Part shown: one piece after another, positions 52,819 through 62,762 of the stretch
How the letters are laid out: each line of letters starts with the position of its first letter
Position numbering within the stretch: the first letter of the stretch is position 1
Source: Gemmatimonadota bacterium
Lineage (GTDB): Bacteria > Gemmatimonadota > Gemmatimonadetes > Gemmatimonadales > GWC2-71-9
Assembly (NCBI GenBank): GCA_043744895.1
Contig: JAYTTT010000271.1
Location: 143-64,142 of the forward strand
Direction of reading: 5' to 3'
Length of the DNA: 64,000 nt
The notes under the pieces: generated by a model
What the model was told of the DNA's origin: nothing
The model's input: the letters and a program-made list of their open reading frames with translations, nothing else
The model's database searches: none
Made by a program: the position numbers and the translations under genes

Positions 52819-53941
52819 CTATCGATCCGGTGTAACGGGAAGCAAAAGATATGAAGCACGGGAACCGCCATAGTGAACGGTATTGGTGGCCGTCAGCCAG
52901 CTGGTTTCGGTGACGTTGTCGCCGCCGGTGTTGAGGTTCCGGTCGTGGAGCGGAAAATGCCGCCTCGCTCAGACAATGCGCGGCGGGCGACATGATCACG
53001 AACTGGTTGTCGCGAGCCCGGGCCGACACCGACGTCCGGCGCATCAGATTGAAGAGATACATCGTTTGCTCGGGCGTCACGTCGAACCAGGAGTTGACGT
53101 GCAGCGCCGGAAGGTCGAACCGGTCATCGTCCCGAACGTAGTGCATCTGGTCCCAGTAGGGATCGGCCGGAGGATGGGTGACGAAGTCCTTGAAGTCGGA
53201 GGCCGGATACCCGGCCCGCTCCGCCATCCTTGCCACGGGCAAGCTCTTGAGCATCGCGGGGAAATCGAGATCGGTGAGGTGGCCGGTTTTGCCCTTGACC
53301 TTCGAGCCGGCGCCACCCATCCAGCCGAACAAAGCCGACAGGGTGATCGTCCCCCCCTCGTAGGTGCCCCAGTTGGTGTAGAACCCGCCCGCCGGTCCCG
53401 TTGCCCCGGTTGACGACTGCGCAATCATCGTCGTGTGATTGGGATGCCGGAGCTTGGCGGCCAGGATCTGGGTTTCGCCCATGTAGGAGCAGCCGTACGT
53501 CCCAACCTTGCCCGTCGCCCACGGCTGCTGGGCAATCCACCCAATCGTGTCGTAGCCGTCGTCGCCGTCCTTCATCTGCACGGCGAACTCACCTTCCGAC
53601 TGAAATTTCCCGCGAATATCCTGGGTGGCAACCAGGTACCCCTGCCCCGCAAAAAACTTGGCCGGCTCCGTGACGAACGACATCGCCTCCTTGTTATACG
53701 GCGTCCGGATCAGAATCACCGGAAACCGCACCCCCGGCACCGACGGCCGGTACAAATTCGTGGCCAGCCGAACCCCATCCCGCATCGCCACCATCACATC
53801 CCGCTCGACCGTGAATTCGTTCCGAGCCGCAGGCGGCGCCACCGGCGCCTGGGCCAGTCCCGCCCCAATGGTCGGCAGCAAAACAACCAACCCGGCACCG
53901 CCGAGCGCCGAGTGCCAAGTGCCGAGCGCCGAGCCCCTCAC
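52819..53941 (-). pseudogene. CocE/NonD (S15-like) hydrolase, copy 3: intact N-terminus, ~660-bp internal deletion of the C-terminal part
   Basis: The N-terminal alpha/beta domain is intact (RTPYNK, GYLVATQDIRG, GCSYMGETQ). After HCLSEAA (about 52960) the sequence jumps out of frame to the last ~45 codons (NLNTGGDNVTETSW...). The GTG start overlaps the ypdA stop. Confidence 0.65.
53899..53933. repeat. (CTCGGCR)x5-type heptamer array (reverse orientation) at the CocE-3 N-terminus
   Basis: Plus strand reads CGCCGAG CGCCGAG TGCCAAG TGCCGAG CGCCGAG. It encodes GSALGTWHSALGG directly after the start codon. Confidence 0.85.
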
Positions 53942-54957
53942 TCCCCCACCGGCCGATCGATCCGCTCCGACAAATCGAGGGCCTGACGCCGGCTGCTCGA
54001 ATCGCCGAAAATCTTCTCGCCGTCAAATCGTCCGTTTTCGATAAAGACCTCCGAGATAGACCGGCCGGCCGTTAGGCTGCCGGCGAGATACACGCCCGGC
54101 ACGTTGCTCTCCAGGGTCTGTGGATCGTGCGCGGGGCGCCCGCTGCCGGGGTCGAGCTCGATTCCGACCGACCGCAGCAATCCAAAATCGGGCCGGTACC
54201 CGGTCAGCAGCAAGACCCGGTCGCCCGGCAACCGGATCGGCCCGCCCGGGCCGTGCGCCACCACCTCGCTTGGCCCAATTTCCACCACTTGGGTGGCCCA
54301 CCGAACCGCGATCTCTCCCGCTGTGACCCGGTTCTCGAAATCGGGGCGAAGCCAGTATTTGACGCTGGGTTTGAGGGCGCCGGCGCGATGCACCACCGTC
54401 ACTCGGGCGCCGGCTCGGTAGGCGCCGAGGGCTTGCTCGATCGCCGAGTTCTTGGCGCCCACGATCACGACATCGAGCCCCGACAAGGAATGGCTCTCGA
54501 CCGGATAGTGGCTCACATGGGGCAGATCTTCCCCGGGAATCTCGAGCCGGTTCGGCTGGCCGAAGTAGCCGGTGGCGAGCACCAGCCGGTTGACGCGGAC
54601 CGTTTCCCGTCGCGGCTCGGCCAGGGTGCCCTCGAGTTCGCAGCGAATTCCGTCGAGCTCCCGACGGGCGCCCGCCAACCGAGTGAACGGACGGATCCGG
54701 AGCCCCTCGACCCGGGCCACGCCGCGGTAGTACATCAGGGCCTCCTCTCGGGTCGCCTTTTGGCCCGAGCACACCAAGGGATGGCCTCCGATCTCGAGCC
54801 GGTCTGGCGTCGTGAAGAACGTCATCCCGACCGGATAGCGAACGATCGACTCCGCAATGGCGCCGGCGTCGATCACCAGGGGATCGATCCCCCGGCGTTT
54901 GGCGGCAATGGCGGCGGCGAGCCCAATCGGGCCCGCTCCGACAATCATGGTGGACAT
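53938..54957 (-). CDS. ypdA: YpdA-family putative (bacilli)thiol-disulfide reductase, FAD/NAD(P)-binding
   Basis: The ATG at 54957 gives MSTMIVGAGPIGLAAAIAAKRRGI. YPVGMTFFTTPDRLEIG, LATGYFGQPN, VVIVGAKNSAIEQAL, VYLAGS and FIENGRF closely track B. subtilis YpdA as I recall it. Confidence 0.7.
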   Translation of the reverse strand: MSTMIVGAGPIGLAAAIAAKRRGIDPLVIDAGAIAESIVRYPVGMTFFTTPDRLEIGGHPLVCSGQKATREEALMYYRGVARVEGLRIRPFTRLAGARRELDGIRCELEGTLAEPRRETVRVNRLVLATGYFGQPNRLEIPGEDLPHVSHYPVESHSLSGLDVVIVGAKNSAIEQALGAYRAGARVTVVHRAGALKPSVKYWLRPDFENRVTAGEIAVRWATQVVEIGPSEVVAHGPGGPIRLPGDRVLLLTGYRPDFGLLRSVGIELDPGSGRPAHDPQTLESNVPGVYLAGSLTAGRSISEVFIENGRFDGEKIFGDSSSRRQALDLSERIDRPVGE

Positions 54958-55044
54958 GTCGGGAAGGTAATCCTCTGAATCGATCCGACCCCTTGACGCG
55001 ACCATGGAGTCGGGCGAATATTATCGAACGTTCGTTCGAAATCA

Positions 55045-55677
55045 ATGACCATTACCCTTGCTCGACACCCGACCCCCGCCGCCCGCCGCGGCCGCCAGAC
55101 GACCCAGCGCAAACTGGATCGGCTGCTCGCGTCCGCCGCGGCCTTGATCGCCACCAAAGGTTTCGAAGCCACCGCGATCCGCGAGGTGGGCCGGAAGGTC
55201 GATGCCAGCTTGGCCGGGATGTACTACTACTTCGCCAGCAAGGAAGATCTCCTCTTCCAGATCCAGTTCCGGACCTTCAGCGCCCTGGTCGCCGCGCAAG
55301 AAGGAGCTGCCACAGTGCCTGGTCTGCCCGAAGACCGGCTCCGACGATTGCTCACCGGCCACCTGACGTTCTTCGCGAAGCATCCGAATGAAATGAAGGT
55401 CTGTACCCACGAAATGGAGTCGCTCACCGGCGACCTCTACCGTCAAGTCGAAACCCTCCGGAAACGGTACTTTGGAATCCTGGCAGAGGTCGTAGGCGAC
55501 CTGACCGGCGGCCCAACCCGGAAGTCCCGCGAGGCCCGGAGCCGGCGAACCACCCTCTACATTTTCGGGATGCTCAATTGGGTCTTCATGTGGCATGACC
55601 CGATCAAGGATGGCCCCGTGGAAAACCTCGGCACCGAAATGGTCGACCTGCTGCTGAAGGGCATCGACAGCCGATGA
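55045..55677 (+). CDS. TetR-family transcriptional regulator
   Basis: 210 aa. LLASAAALIATKGFEATAIREVGRKVDASLAGMYYYFASKEDLL. Confidence 0.75.
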   Translation: MTITLARHPTPAARRGRQTTQRKLDRLLASAAALIATKGFEATAIREVGRKVDASLAGMYYYFASKEDLLFQIQFRTFSALVAAQEGAATVPGLPEDRLRRLLTGHLTFFAKHPNEMKVCTHEMESLTGDLYRQVETLRKRYFGILAEVVGDLTGGPTRKSREARSRRTTLYIFGMLNWVFMWHDPIKDGPVENLGTEMVDLLLKGIDSR

Positions 55678-56447
55678 CCGACCGCCTGCTCATCGACGGA
55701 GTGGCCCTCGAGTCTCGATGGATTGGACCCCGTCCGGCCGACGCTCCCACCATCGTCATGCTTCACGAGGGACTCGGCTGCGTCGCCTCCTGGGACCCGT
55801 TCGGCGAAGCCCTGGCCCAGGCCACCGGGTCAGGCATCTTCCAGTATTCGCGCGCAGGATATGGCGGCTCGGATCCGGTCTCACTGCCCCGCCCGCTATC
55901 CTACCTGCACGACGAGGGACTCCGGGTGCTGCCGAAGGTCCTCGACGCCATCGGGTTCAGACGCGGCATTCTGCTTGGGCACAGCGACGGGGCGTCGATT
56001 GCCACGATCTACCTCGGCGGAATCCAGGATCATCGAGTTCGCGGCCTCGTCCTGGTCGCGCCGCACTTCTTCGTGGAGGACGTCAGTGTGGCGAGTATCG
56101 CCCAGGCTCGGGTGGCCTACCAGGACGGCGATCTCCGGCAGCGGCTGACCAAATACCATGGCGCCAACGTCGACTGCGCCTTCCGGGGCTGGAACGACGC
56201 GTGGCTCGACCCTGGCTTTCGGACTTGGGATATCCAGGAGTCGATCGGCTACATCCGGGTCCCGATCCTCATCGTCCAGGGCACCAGCGATCAATACGGC
56301 ACGGTCGCGCAAATCCGGGCGGCCGAGCAGGAGGCCTATTGCCCGGTCGATGTCGCCATGATCGCGGGCGCCGGCCACGCGCCCCACCTTGAACGAGCGG
56401 CCGACACCCTCGCCTCCGTGACGGGATTCGTAGAACTATGCCGATGA
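55674..56447 (+). CDS. Alpha/beta-fold hydrolase
   Basis: 257 aa. VMLHEGLG, nucleophile elbow LLGHSDGA, C-terminal GAGHAPHLE. Confidence 0.7.
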   Translation: MTDRLLIDGVALESRWIGPRPADAPTIVMLHEGLGCVASWDPFGEALAQATGSGIFQYSRAGYGGSDPVSLPRPLSYLHDEGLRVLPKVLDAIGFRRGILLGHSDGASIATIYLGGIQDHRVRGLVLVAPHFFVEDVSVASIAQARVAYQDGDLRQRLTKYHGANVDCAFRGWNDAWLDPGFRTWDIQESIGYIRVPILIVQGTSDQYGTVAQIRAAEQEAYCPVDVAMIAGAGHAPHLERAADTLASVTGFVELCR

Positions 56448-58111
56448 TCGATTTTCAGACCGCCCCCGATCGGTATCGCCACTGGACCCTCACGGTCGAT
56501 GGCCCGATCGGCACCCTCACCATGCGGGTGAGCGAAGGCGGCGGCCTCGTGCCCGGCTACGAGCTCAAGCTCAACTCGTACGACTTGGGCGTGGACATCG
56601 AACTTCACGACGCGGTCCAGCGGCTCCGGTTCGAACACCCCGGCGTCAAGACCGTCATCATCCGCTCGGGCCAGGACCGGGTTTTTTGCGCCGGCGCCAA
56701 CATCCGGATGCTGAGCCAGTCAAGCCACGGCCACAAGGTCAATTTCTGCAAGTTCACCAACGAAACCCGGAACGAAATCGAAGACGCCAGCGCGTCGAGC
56801 GGCCAGCGCTACCTCGCCGCCGTGAGCGGGAGCGCGGCCGGCGGCGGCTACGAATTGGCGCTGGCCGCCGATTACATCATGCTGATCGATGATCGGAGTT
56901 CTTCGGTGTCCTTTCCCGAGACTCCGCTGCTGGCGGTCCTGCCCGGCACCGGCGGCTTGACCCGAATCATCGACAAACGAAAAGTGCGCCGCGACCTGGC
57001 CGACGTATTCAGCACCCTGGAAGAGGGCGTTCGGGGCAAGAAGGCGGTCGACTGGCGCCTGGTCGATGAAGTGGCCCAAAAATCCGTGTGGCAGGAGCGG
57101 GTTCTCGAACGCGCCCACGCAATGGCCACCCTTTCGGATCGGCCCGACAACGCCACCGGAGTCGAGCTCACCCCGCTCGACCGGACCATCACCCAAGATC
57201 GGATCGCGTATCCATCGGTCACCGTCGAGATCGATCGGGCCCGCCGAATCGCTAACCTAACGATCCGAGGCCCATCGCACCCAGTCCCAGCATCGGTCGA
57301 AGCCACTGACACCTTCTGGCCCCTATCCTGGGCCCGCGAACTCGACGACGCCATTCTCCACCTCCGCTTCAACGAACCCGAAATCGGCCAGCTGATCTTC
57401 CGAACCGAGGGCGACGCCGCCGCGGTACTCGCGTACGACGCCCTCCTCGAAACCCACCAGGACGACTGGTTCATCCGGGAGGTCCGTCTGTTCATCAAGC
57501 GAGTCCTCAAGCGCCTCGACCTAACCTCCCGAACCCTCATCAGCCTGATCGAACCCGGCAGCTGCTTCGCCGGCACTCTAGCCGAAATCACCTTCGCCTC
57601 CGACCGCTCGATCATCCGTTCTCGGCACTCGGCACTCGGCGCTCGGCGCTCGGCCATCCCTCCGAGTGCCGAGAACCCGCGTGCCGAGCTCCACCTTGGC
57701 CCGCTTAACTTCGGCGCCTACCCGATGAGCAACGGGCTCACTCGGTTGGCGACTCGGTTCCTTGGGGAGCCGGAGAGCGTTGATCGGGCCCGGGCGATGA
57801 TCGGCTCGCCCCTCGACGGCCAGGCCGCGTTCGACGCCGGGCTCGTCACCTTCGTCTATGACGACACCGACTGGGACGACGAAATCCGAATCATGCTCGA
57901 AGAGCGGGCCAGCTTCTCACCCGACGCGCTGACCGGGATGGAGGCCAACCTCCGGTTTGGCGGGCCCGAGACCATGGAAACGAAAATTTTCGGCCGGCTC
58001 ACGGCCTGGCAGAACTGGATCTTTCAGCGCCCCAACGCCGTCGGCGACGACGGGGCGCTCAAACGTTACGGCACCGGCATTCAGCCCAGCTTCGATCGCA
58101 AGCGAGTGTGA
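56438..58111 (+). CDS. boxC: Benzoyl-CoA-dihydrodiol lyase (2,3-epoxybenzoyl-CoA dihydrolase)
   Basis: 557 aa. N-terminal IDFQTAPDRYRHWTLTVDGPIGTLTM..., LNSYDLGVDIELHDAVQRLRFEHP, VFCAGANIRML. Double crotonase architecture. Adjacent to boxB. Confidence 0.7.
   Translation: MPMIDFQTAPDRYRHWTLTVDGPIGTLTMRVSEGGGLVPGYELKLNSYDLGVDIELHDAVQRLRFEHPGVKTVIIRSGQDRVFCAGANIRMLSQSSHGHKVNFCKFTNETRNEIEDASASSGQRYLAAVSGSAAGGGYELALAADYIMLIDDRSSSVSFPETPLLAVLPGTGGLTRIIDKRKVRRDLADVFSTLEEGVRGKKAVDWRLVDEVAQKSVWQERVLERAHAMATLSDRPDNATGVELTPLDRTITQDRIAYPSVTVEIDRARRIANLTIRGPSHPVPASVEATDTFWPLSWARELDDAILHLRFNEPEIGQLIFRTEGDAAAVLAYDALLETHQDDWFIREVRLFIKRVLKRLDLTSRTLISLIEPGSCFAGTLAEITFASDRSIIRSRHSALGARRSAIPPSAENPRAELHLGPLNFGAYPMSNGLTRLATRFLGEPESVDRARAMIGSPLDGQAAFDAGLVTFVYDDTDWDDEIRIMLEERASFSPDALTGMEANLRFGGPETMETKIFGRLTAWQNWIFQRPNAVGDDGALKRYGTGIQPSFDRKRV
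57621..57655. repeat. (CTCGGCR)x5 heptamer array inside boxC
   Basis: CTCGGCA CTCGGCA CTCGGCG CTCGGCG CTCGGCC. The first 12 nt are the exact reverse complement of 57662-57673 (CCGAGTGCCGAG). Confidence 0.85.
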
Positions 58112-58114
58112 ACC

Positions 58115-59563
58115 ATGATTGACGAAACCCAAGTCGACTACGACGGACTGATCCCCAACAATGTCGGCCTGAGCAGCGACGAACGGGTCAAGAAGGCCCT
58201 TGAGAAGTGGCACCCGGGCTACATCGATTGGTGGATGGGGATGGGCCCGGAGGGGTTCCAGGAATCCCTGGTCTACCTCCGGACCGCCATCGGTGTCGGC
58301 GCCAACGGCTGGGCCCGGTTCGACTACGTCAAGATGCCCGAGTACAAATGGGGCATCTTGCTGGCCCCGCAGGTGCCGGACCGCCGGGTGCCGTTCGGCG
58401 CCAGCAAAGGCGAACTCGCCTGGCAAGAGGTGCCCGGCGAACACCGGGCCATGCTCCGCCGGCTGATCGTGATCCAGGGCGACACCGAGCCGGCCTCAGT
58501 CGAGCAGCAGCGGCATTTGGGCAAGACGGCGCCGTCCTTGTACGACCTTCGGAACCTCTTTCAGGTCAACGTCGAGGAAGGCCGTCACCTCTGGGCCATG
58601 GTCTACCTGCTCCAGAAGTATTTCGGCGCTGACGGTCGCGAGGAGGCGGAAGAGCTCCTTCGCCGCCGTTCCGGCGATGCCGACTCGCCGCGAATGCTGG
58701 GCGCCTTCAACGAGTCCACGCCCGATTGGCTGTCGTTCTTCATGTTCACGTTCTTTACCGACCGCGACGGTAAGATGCAGCTTGAGGCCCTGGCCCAGTC
58801 CGGCTTCGATCCGCTGTCGCGGACCTGCCGCTTCATGCTGACCGAAGAGGCCCACCACATGTTCGTGGGCGAAACCGGGGTCGGGCGGATCATCCAGCGA
58901 ACCTGCGAGGCCATGAAGACCGCCGGGATCGAGGACCCCTCCGACATCGAACGGGTCCGGAGTCTCGGCGTCATCGACCTGCCAACCATTCAGAAGAAGG
59001 CCAATCTCCATTTCTCACTGACCCTCGATTTGTTTGGCGCGGAAGTGTCGACCAATGCCGCCAACGCGTATCACGCGGGAATCAAGGGCCGGTACCGGGA
59101 GGACAAGCTCGAGGACGATCACCAGCTGGAGCATGCCACCTATCCGGTCCTGCGACCCGTCGACGGCGCCATCCGGACGATGGACGTCCCGGCCCTCTCG
59201 GCCCTCAACATGCGGCTCCGCGATGACTACGTGAACGACTGCCAGAAGGGGATCGACCGGTGGAACCGGGTCATTCAGAACGCGGGGATTCAGTTCGAGA
59301 TCACGCTGCCGAGCGTCGCGTTCAACCGGAAGATCGGCGAGTTCAAGAACGTCGCCGTTGACATTGGAGGACGGTTGGTGTCGGAGGCCGATTGGACCAG
59401 CCGGCGGGACTCGATGCTTCCCAACAGCCAGGATCAGGGCTTCATTGAACACCTCATGAATGCTCCGGTCACCGGCATCGGCCAATTCGCCGGGTGGATC
59501 TCTCCGCCGCGGGTCGGGATCGACAATCGGCCCGGTGACTTCGAGTACGTGAAGATCGCCTAA
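58115..59563 (+). CDS. boxB: Benzoyl-CoA 2,3-epoxidase (oxygenase) subunit B
   Basis: 482 aa. VDYDGLIPNNVGLSSDERVKKALEKWHPGYIDWW, MLTEEAHHMFVGETG (di-iron site). Confidence 0.75.
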   Translation: MIDETQVDYDGLIPNNVGLSSDERVKKALEKWHPGYIDWWMGMGPEGFQESLVYLRTAIGVGANGWARFDYVKMPEYKWGILLAPQVPDRRVPFGASKGELAWQEVPGEHRAMLRRLIVIQGDTEPASVEQQRHLGKTAPSLYDLRNLFQVNVEEGRHLWAMVYLLQKYFGADGREEAEELLRRRSGDADSPRMLGAFNESTPDWLSFFMFTFFTDRDGKMQLEALAQSGFDPLSRTCRFMLTEEAHHMFVGETGVGRIIQRTCEAMKTAGIEDPSDIERVRSLGVIDLPTIQKKANLHFSLTLDLFGAEVSTNAANAYHAGIKGRYREDKLEDDHQLEHATYPVLRPVDGAIRTMDVPALSALNMRLRDDYVNDCQKGIDRWNRVIQNAGIQFEITLPSVAFNRKIGEFKNVAVDIGGRLVSEADWTSRRDSMLPNSQDQGFIEHLMNAPVTGIGQFAGWISPPRVGIDNRPGDFEYVKIA

Positions 59564-59575
59564 CTGGAGGTTGCG

Positions 59576-60979
59576 ATGGGTCTCGCCGTCCGCCGTTCGT
59601 CATACCTGTTAGCCCTCGGCGCGGCAGCCTGCGCCGGCCCGAAACCCGCGCCGAACCCGGCGACAACCGGCCTCGACGGGGCCTGGAAAACTGACGGGTA
59701 CGGCTTGGTGCTCGTCGCTACCGGCGATTCACTCCGGGCCTATGAGGTGACAGAGACCACGTGTGTTCCCTCGTTCACGGCGGTGCGCCGAGTCGAGACC
59801 CCCGCCGGCACCGAGGCCGTTTACGAAACCGACGGACAAGTCCTGGCCGTCACGGCCGGTCCGGACTCGAGCCAAAAGCAACTCAAGAGCGACGGCGCCG
59901 CTTCGTATATGGTAGTCCGCCGGTTGGCGGCTCGCCCGACGGTATGCGACCAGCCGACGCCCAACACTCCGGCAGGCAACTTCGAGGTCTTCGCCGCCAC
60001 CTGGGCCGAGCACTACATCCTGTTCGATCAAAAAGGCGGCGATTGGCAAGGGGTTGTTGCAGCGGCGCGAGCCAAGGTGACGCCCACGACGACGCCGGAG
60101 CAGCTCTTCGACGTCATGCAGGGAATGATCGCGCCGTTTGAAGACGCCCACACCTTCATCAGCGCCGACACGATCAAGCGCCGCTTTCATGCCCTCCGCA
60201 AGGGAACCGACCGGGTCGCGAAAGGTGGGATGGCGGACTTTCGGGCCAAGGATTTGCCCGGGATTCTGGCCGTCACCGACCGGAAACTCACCGGGGCCCT
60301 TCGGAAATGGTGCAACGATCAGGTCCAGTACGGCCATGTCGACGACTCAACCGGGTACCTCCGGATTTTGTCTGAAAGCGGCTACGCCAAAACTGGTGGC
60401 TTTGCCGCCGGCCTCGTCGCGCTCGAGGCGGCGCTCGACACGATCTTCACCGATCCGAAGCTGACCGGGTTGGTGATCGACGTCCGAATCAACTTCGGCG
60501 GGGCCGACCCCTATGGCTTGGCCCTGGCTGCCCGGCTCGCCGGCTCGGAATACTTGGCATACTCGAAGGAAGCCCGGATTGATCCCGCCGATCGAACCAA
60601 GTGGACACCGGGCCAGCCCAGCACGGTCCGGCCAAGTAGCAGGCCCGGCTTCCGGGGCCCGGTGGTCGAGTTGATGGGACCGGTCACGATCAGCGCCGGT
60701 GAAACCACCACCCAGGCGTTGATGGGGCGGATTCCGAAGATCGTTCGAATCGGCGAGAACACCCAGGGTGTCTTTTCGGACGTCCTCGGCCGGCGACTTC
60801 CGAACGGCTGGTCCTTCGGGCTGCCCAACGAGGTGTTCCGGACGGCCGACGGCAAGACGTTCGACGGCCCCGGCATTCCGCCGGATGTCCAGGTCCCGGT
60901 GTTCGCGGACCAGGACCTCAAGGCGGGCCGAGACCCAGGTCTCGCCCGCGCGGTGGCCGAGCTTCGCGCGCGGCACTGA
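59576..60979 (+). CDS. S41-family peptidase-like protein
   Basis: 467 aa. LVIDVRINFGGADPYGLALAARL and VTISAGETTTQAL. Confidence 0.6.
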   Translation: MGLAVRRSSYLLALGAAACAGPKPAPNPATTGLDGAWKTDGYGLVLVATGDSLRAYEVTETTCVPSFTAVRRVETPAGTEAVYETDGQVLAVTAGPDSSQKQLKSDGAASYMVVRRLAARPTVCDQPTPNTPAGNFEVFAATWAEHYILFDQKGGDWQGVVAAARAKVTPTTTPEQLFDVMQGMIAPFEDAHTFISADTIKRRFHALRKGTDRVAKGGMADFRAKDLPGILAVTDRKLTGALRKWCNDQVQYGHVDDSTGYLRILSESGYAKTGGFAAGLVALEAALDTIFTDPKLTGLVIDVRINFGGADPYGLALAARLAGSEYLAYSKEARIDPADRTKWTPGQPSTVRPSSRPGFRGPVVELMGPVTISAGETTTQALMGRIPKIVRIGENTQGVFSDVLGRRLPNGWSFGLPNEVFRTADGKTFDGPGIPPDVQVPVFADQDLKAGRDPGLARAVAELRARH

Positions 60980-60985
60980 TCCTCG

Positions 60986-61522
60986 ATGGCGCTCGGCTCG
61001 ACGATCTTTGCCTTCGACATCCAGCTGGCCGACATGGATCGGGGGGTCTACGAGACGTTAGGCCTCCGGGTTGCCCGCCATCCGTCGGAAACCGACGAGT
61101 TCCTGGTGACCCGGGTGCTGGCGTATTGCCTCGAATACACCGAGGGCATTGCCTTCTCGGCGGGCGTATCGGACACCACCGAGCCCGCGATTACGGTCCG
61201 CGACCTGACCGGTGCCTGGAAGAGTTGGATCGACATCGGAACCCCCGATGCCGCCCGCCTGCACCGGGCCAGCAAGGCGGCCCCGCGGGTCGCCGTGTAT
61301 ACCCACAAACCGCCCTCCACGTTGCAGAGGGCCCTCACCGGGGAACGGATCCACAAGGTCGAGGCGCTGGAACTCTACGCGATGGACCGTGCGCTGGTCG
61401 GAGAACTAGTGGCTCGGCTCGAACGTCGTCTCAAGTTCGACCTCTCGATTACCGAACGGCATCTGTACTTGACGCTGGGTAACGACACCCTGACCGGGGT
61501 GGTCGAACGGTTCAGTCTCTAG
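60986..61522 (+). CDS. yaeQ: YaeQ-family protein
   Basis: 178 aa. MALGSTIFAFDIQLADMDRGVYE...RHPSETDEFLVTRVLAYCLEY. Confidence 0.75.
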   Translation: MALGSTIFAFDIQLADMDRGVYETLGLRVARHPSETDEFLVTRVLAYCLEYTEGIAFSAGVSDTTEPAITVRDLTGAWKSWIDIGTPDAARLHRASKAAPRVAVYTHKPPSTLQRALTGERIHKVEALELYAMDRALVGELVARLERRLKFDLSITERHLYLTLGNDTLTGVVERFSL

Positions 61523-62019
61523 ATGGCTTTGAAATGCTCGAACGGCTGGCGGCAGGCGTGACAGACGTGAATCGACTTGCAAGCGGTGGAGCCGAACTCG
61601 CTTTCCTGCGAGGTGTTCGACGACCCGCAATACGGACAGGCGAGTGCTTTGGTCGGGCCACCTAACGACACCAACTGAAGACCACGCTCCGCCTTGCCGG
61701 GCGGGGCAATCCCGTAGGCCCGAAGCTTCTCCCGCGCCCCCTCGCCGATCCAGTCGCTGGTCCACGGCGGGCTGAACACCGTCTTGACGATGACCTCGGT
61801 AAACCCGTGCCGCTCGAGGGCCCGGACGATCTCCCGTTCGATCACTTGGGTGGCGGGACAACCCGAATAGGTCGGGGTGACCCGGACGGTGACTCGCGAG
61901 CCATCAACCTCCGCCCCTCGGACGATGCCCAATTCAACCACGTTGATCGCCGGAACCTCGGGATCGAGCACCTCCTCGAGAATCCTGAAAACCCGAGCCT
62001 CGGCGCTGTCCGTCACCAC
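61519..62019 (-). CDS. paaD: 1,2-phenylacetyl-CoA epoxidase subunit PaaD
   Basis: 166 aa. LEEVLDPEVPAINVVELGIVRG, TPTYSGCPA, C-terminal Cys-rich zinc ribbon. Confidence 0.75.
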   Translation of the reverse strand: MVTDSAEARVFRILEEVLDPEVPAINVVELGIVRGAEVDGSRVTVRVTPTYSGCPATQVIEREIVRALERHGFTEVIVKTVFSPPWTSDWIGEGAREKLRAYGIAPPGKAERGLQLVSLGGPTKALACPYCGSSNTSQESEFGSTACKSIHVCHACRQPFEHFKAI

Positions 62020-62762
62020 GATGCTCCCGGGTGCGAACGGGCCACGATCTGCATTTCAGCCAAGAGGCGGCCGAGATACTCGGTATGGCGGCCCTGCCGG
62101 CCGGCGACCATCCGGCCCGGCGTGGTCGGCACCGTCAGCGTGGCCCGGTTGAGGACCTCGGCAACCGTGGCGTCCCACTGCGGCTTCAACGGAGCCGCCG
62201 CCGGTCCGTGGCCGGCCGCCACCGCGGCCCGCTCAACCGCATCCTCGACGAAGAACTCGACCGTCCAGGGCCACAACTCATCGAGCGCGGCCTGGGCCCG
62301 GCGGTGACTCTCCTCGGTCCCATCGCCGAGCCGGACGATCCACTCGCCGGCATGGCGGAGATGGTACCGATTTTCCTTGCCCGCTTTGGCCGCGATGCCG
62401 GCGAGGTCCTCGTGTGGTGACTTGGCGACGCCTTCCAGCAGGAAGTGGCTCCACGCCGAAAAGAGGAATTGCCGCATCATGGTGAACGCAAAGTCGCCGC
62501 GGGGCAACTCGACGATCTGGAGGTTGCGAAACTCGGTCTCACCCCGCCAATAGGCGAGGGCATCGGCGTCCCGGCCGGCGCCCTCGACTTGGCCCGCCAG
62601 AGTCAGGAACAACTGGGCCTGCCCAACCTGATCGAGCGCGATGTTGGCGATGGCGATGTCTTCCTCGAGAATCGGCCCGTGCCCGCACCACTCGGCGTTC
62701 CGCTGGCCGAGAATCAGCCGATCGTCTCCCAGCCGGAGGAGATACTCGAAGAGCTCGGACAT
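62013..62762 (-). CDS. paaC: 1,2-phenylacetyl-CoA epoxidase subunit PaaC
   Basis: 249 aa. LLRLGDDRLILGQRNAEWCGHGPILEEDIAIANIALD. Confidence 0.75.
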   Translation of the reverse strand: MSELFEYLLRLGDDRLILGQRNAEWCGHGPILEEDIAIANIALDQVGQAQLFLTLAGQVEGAGRDADALAYWRGETEFRNLQIVELPRGDFAFTMMRQFLFSAWSHFLLEGVAKSPHEDLAGIAAKAGKENRYHLRHAGEWIVRLGDGTEESHRRAQAALDELWPWTVEFFVEDAVERAAVAAGHGPAAAPLKPQWDATVAEVLNRATLTVPTTPGRMVAGRQGRHTEYLGRLLAEMQIVARSHPGASW

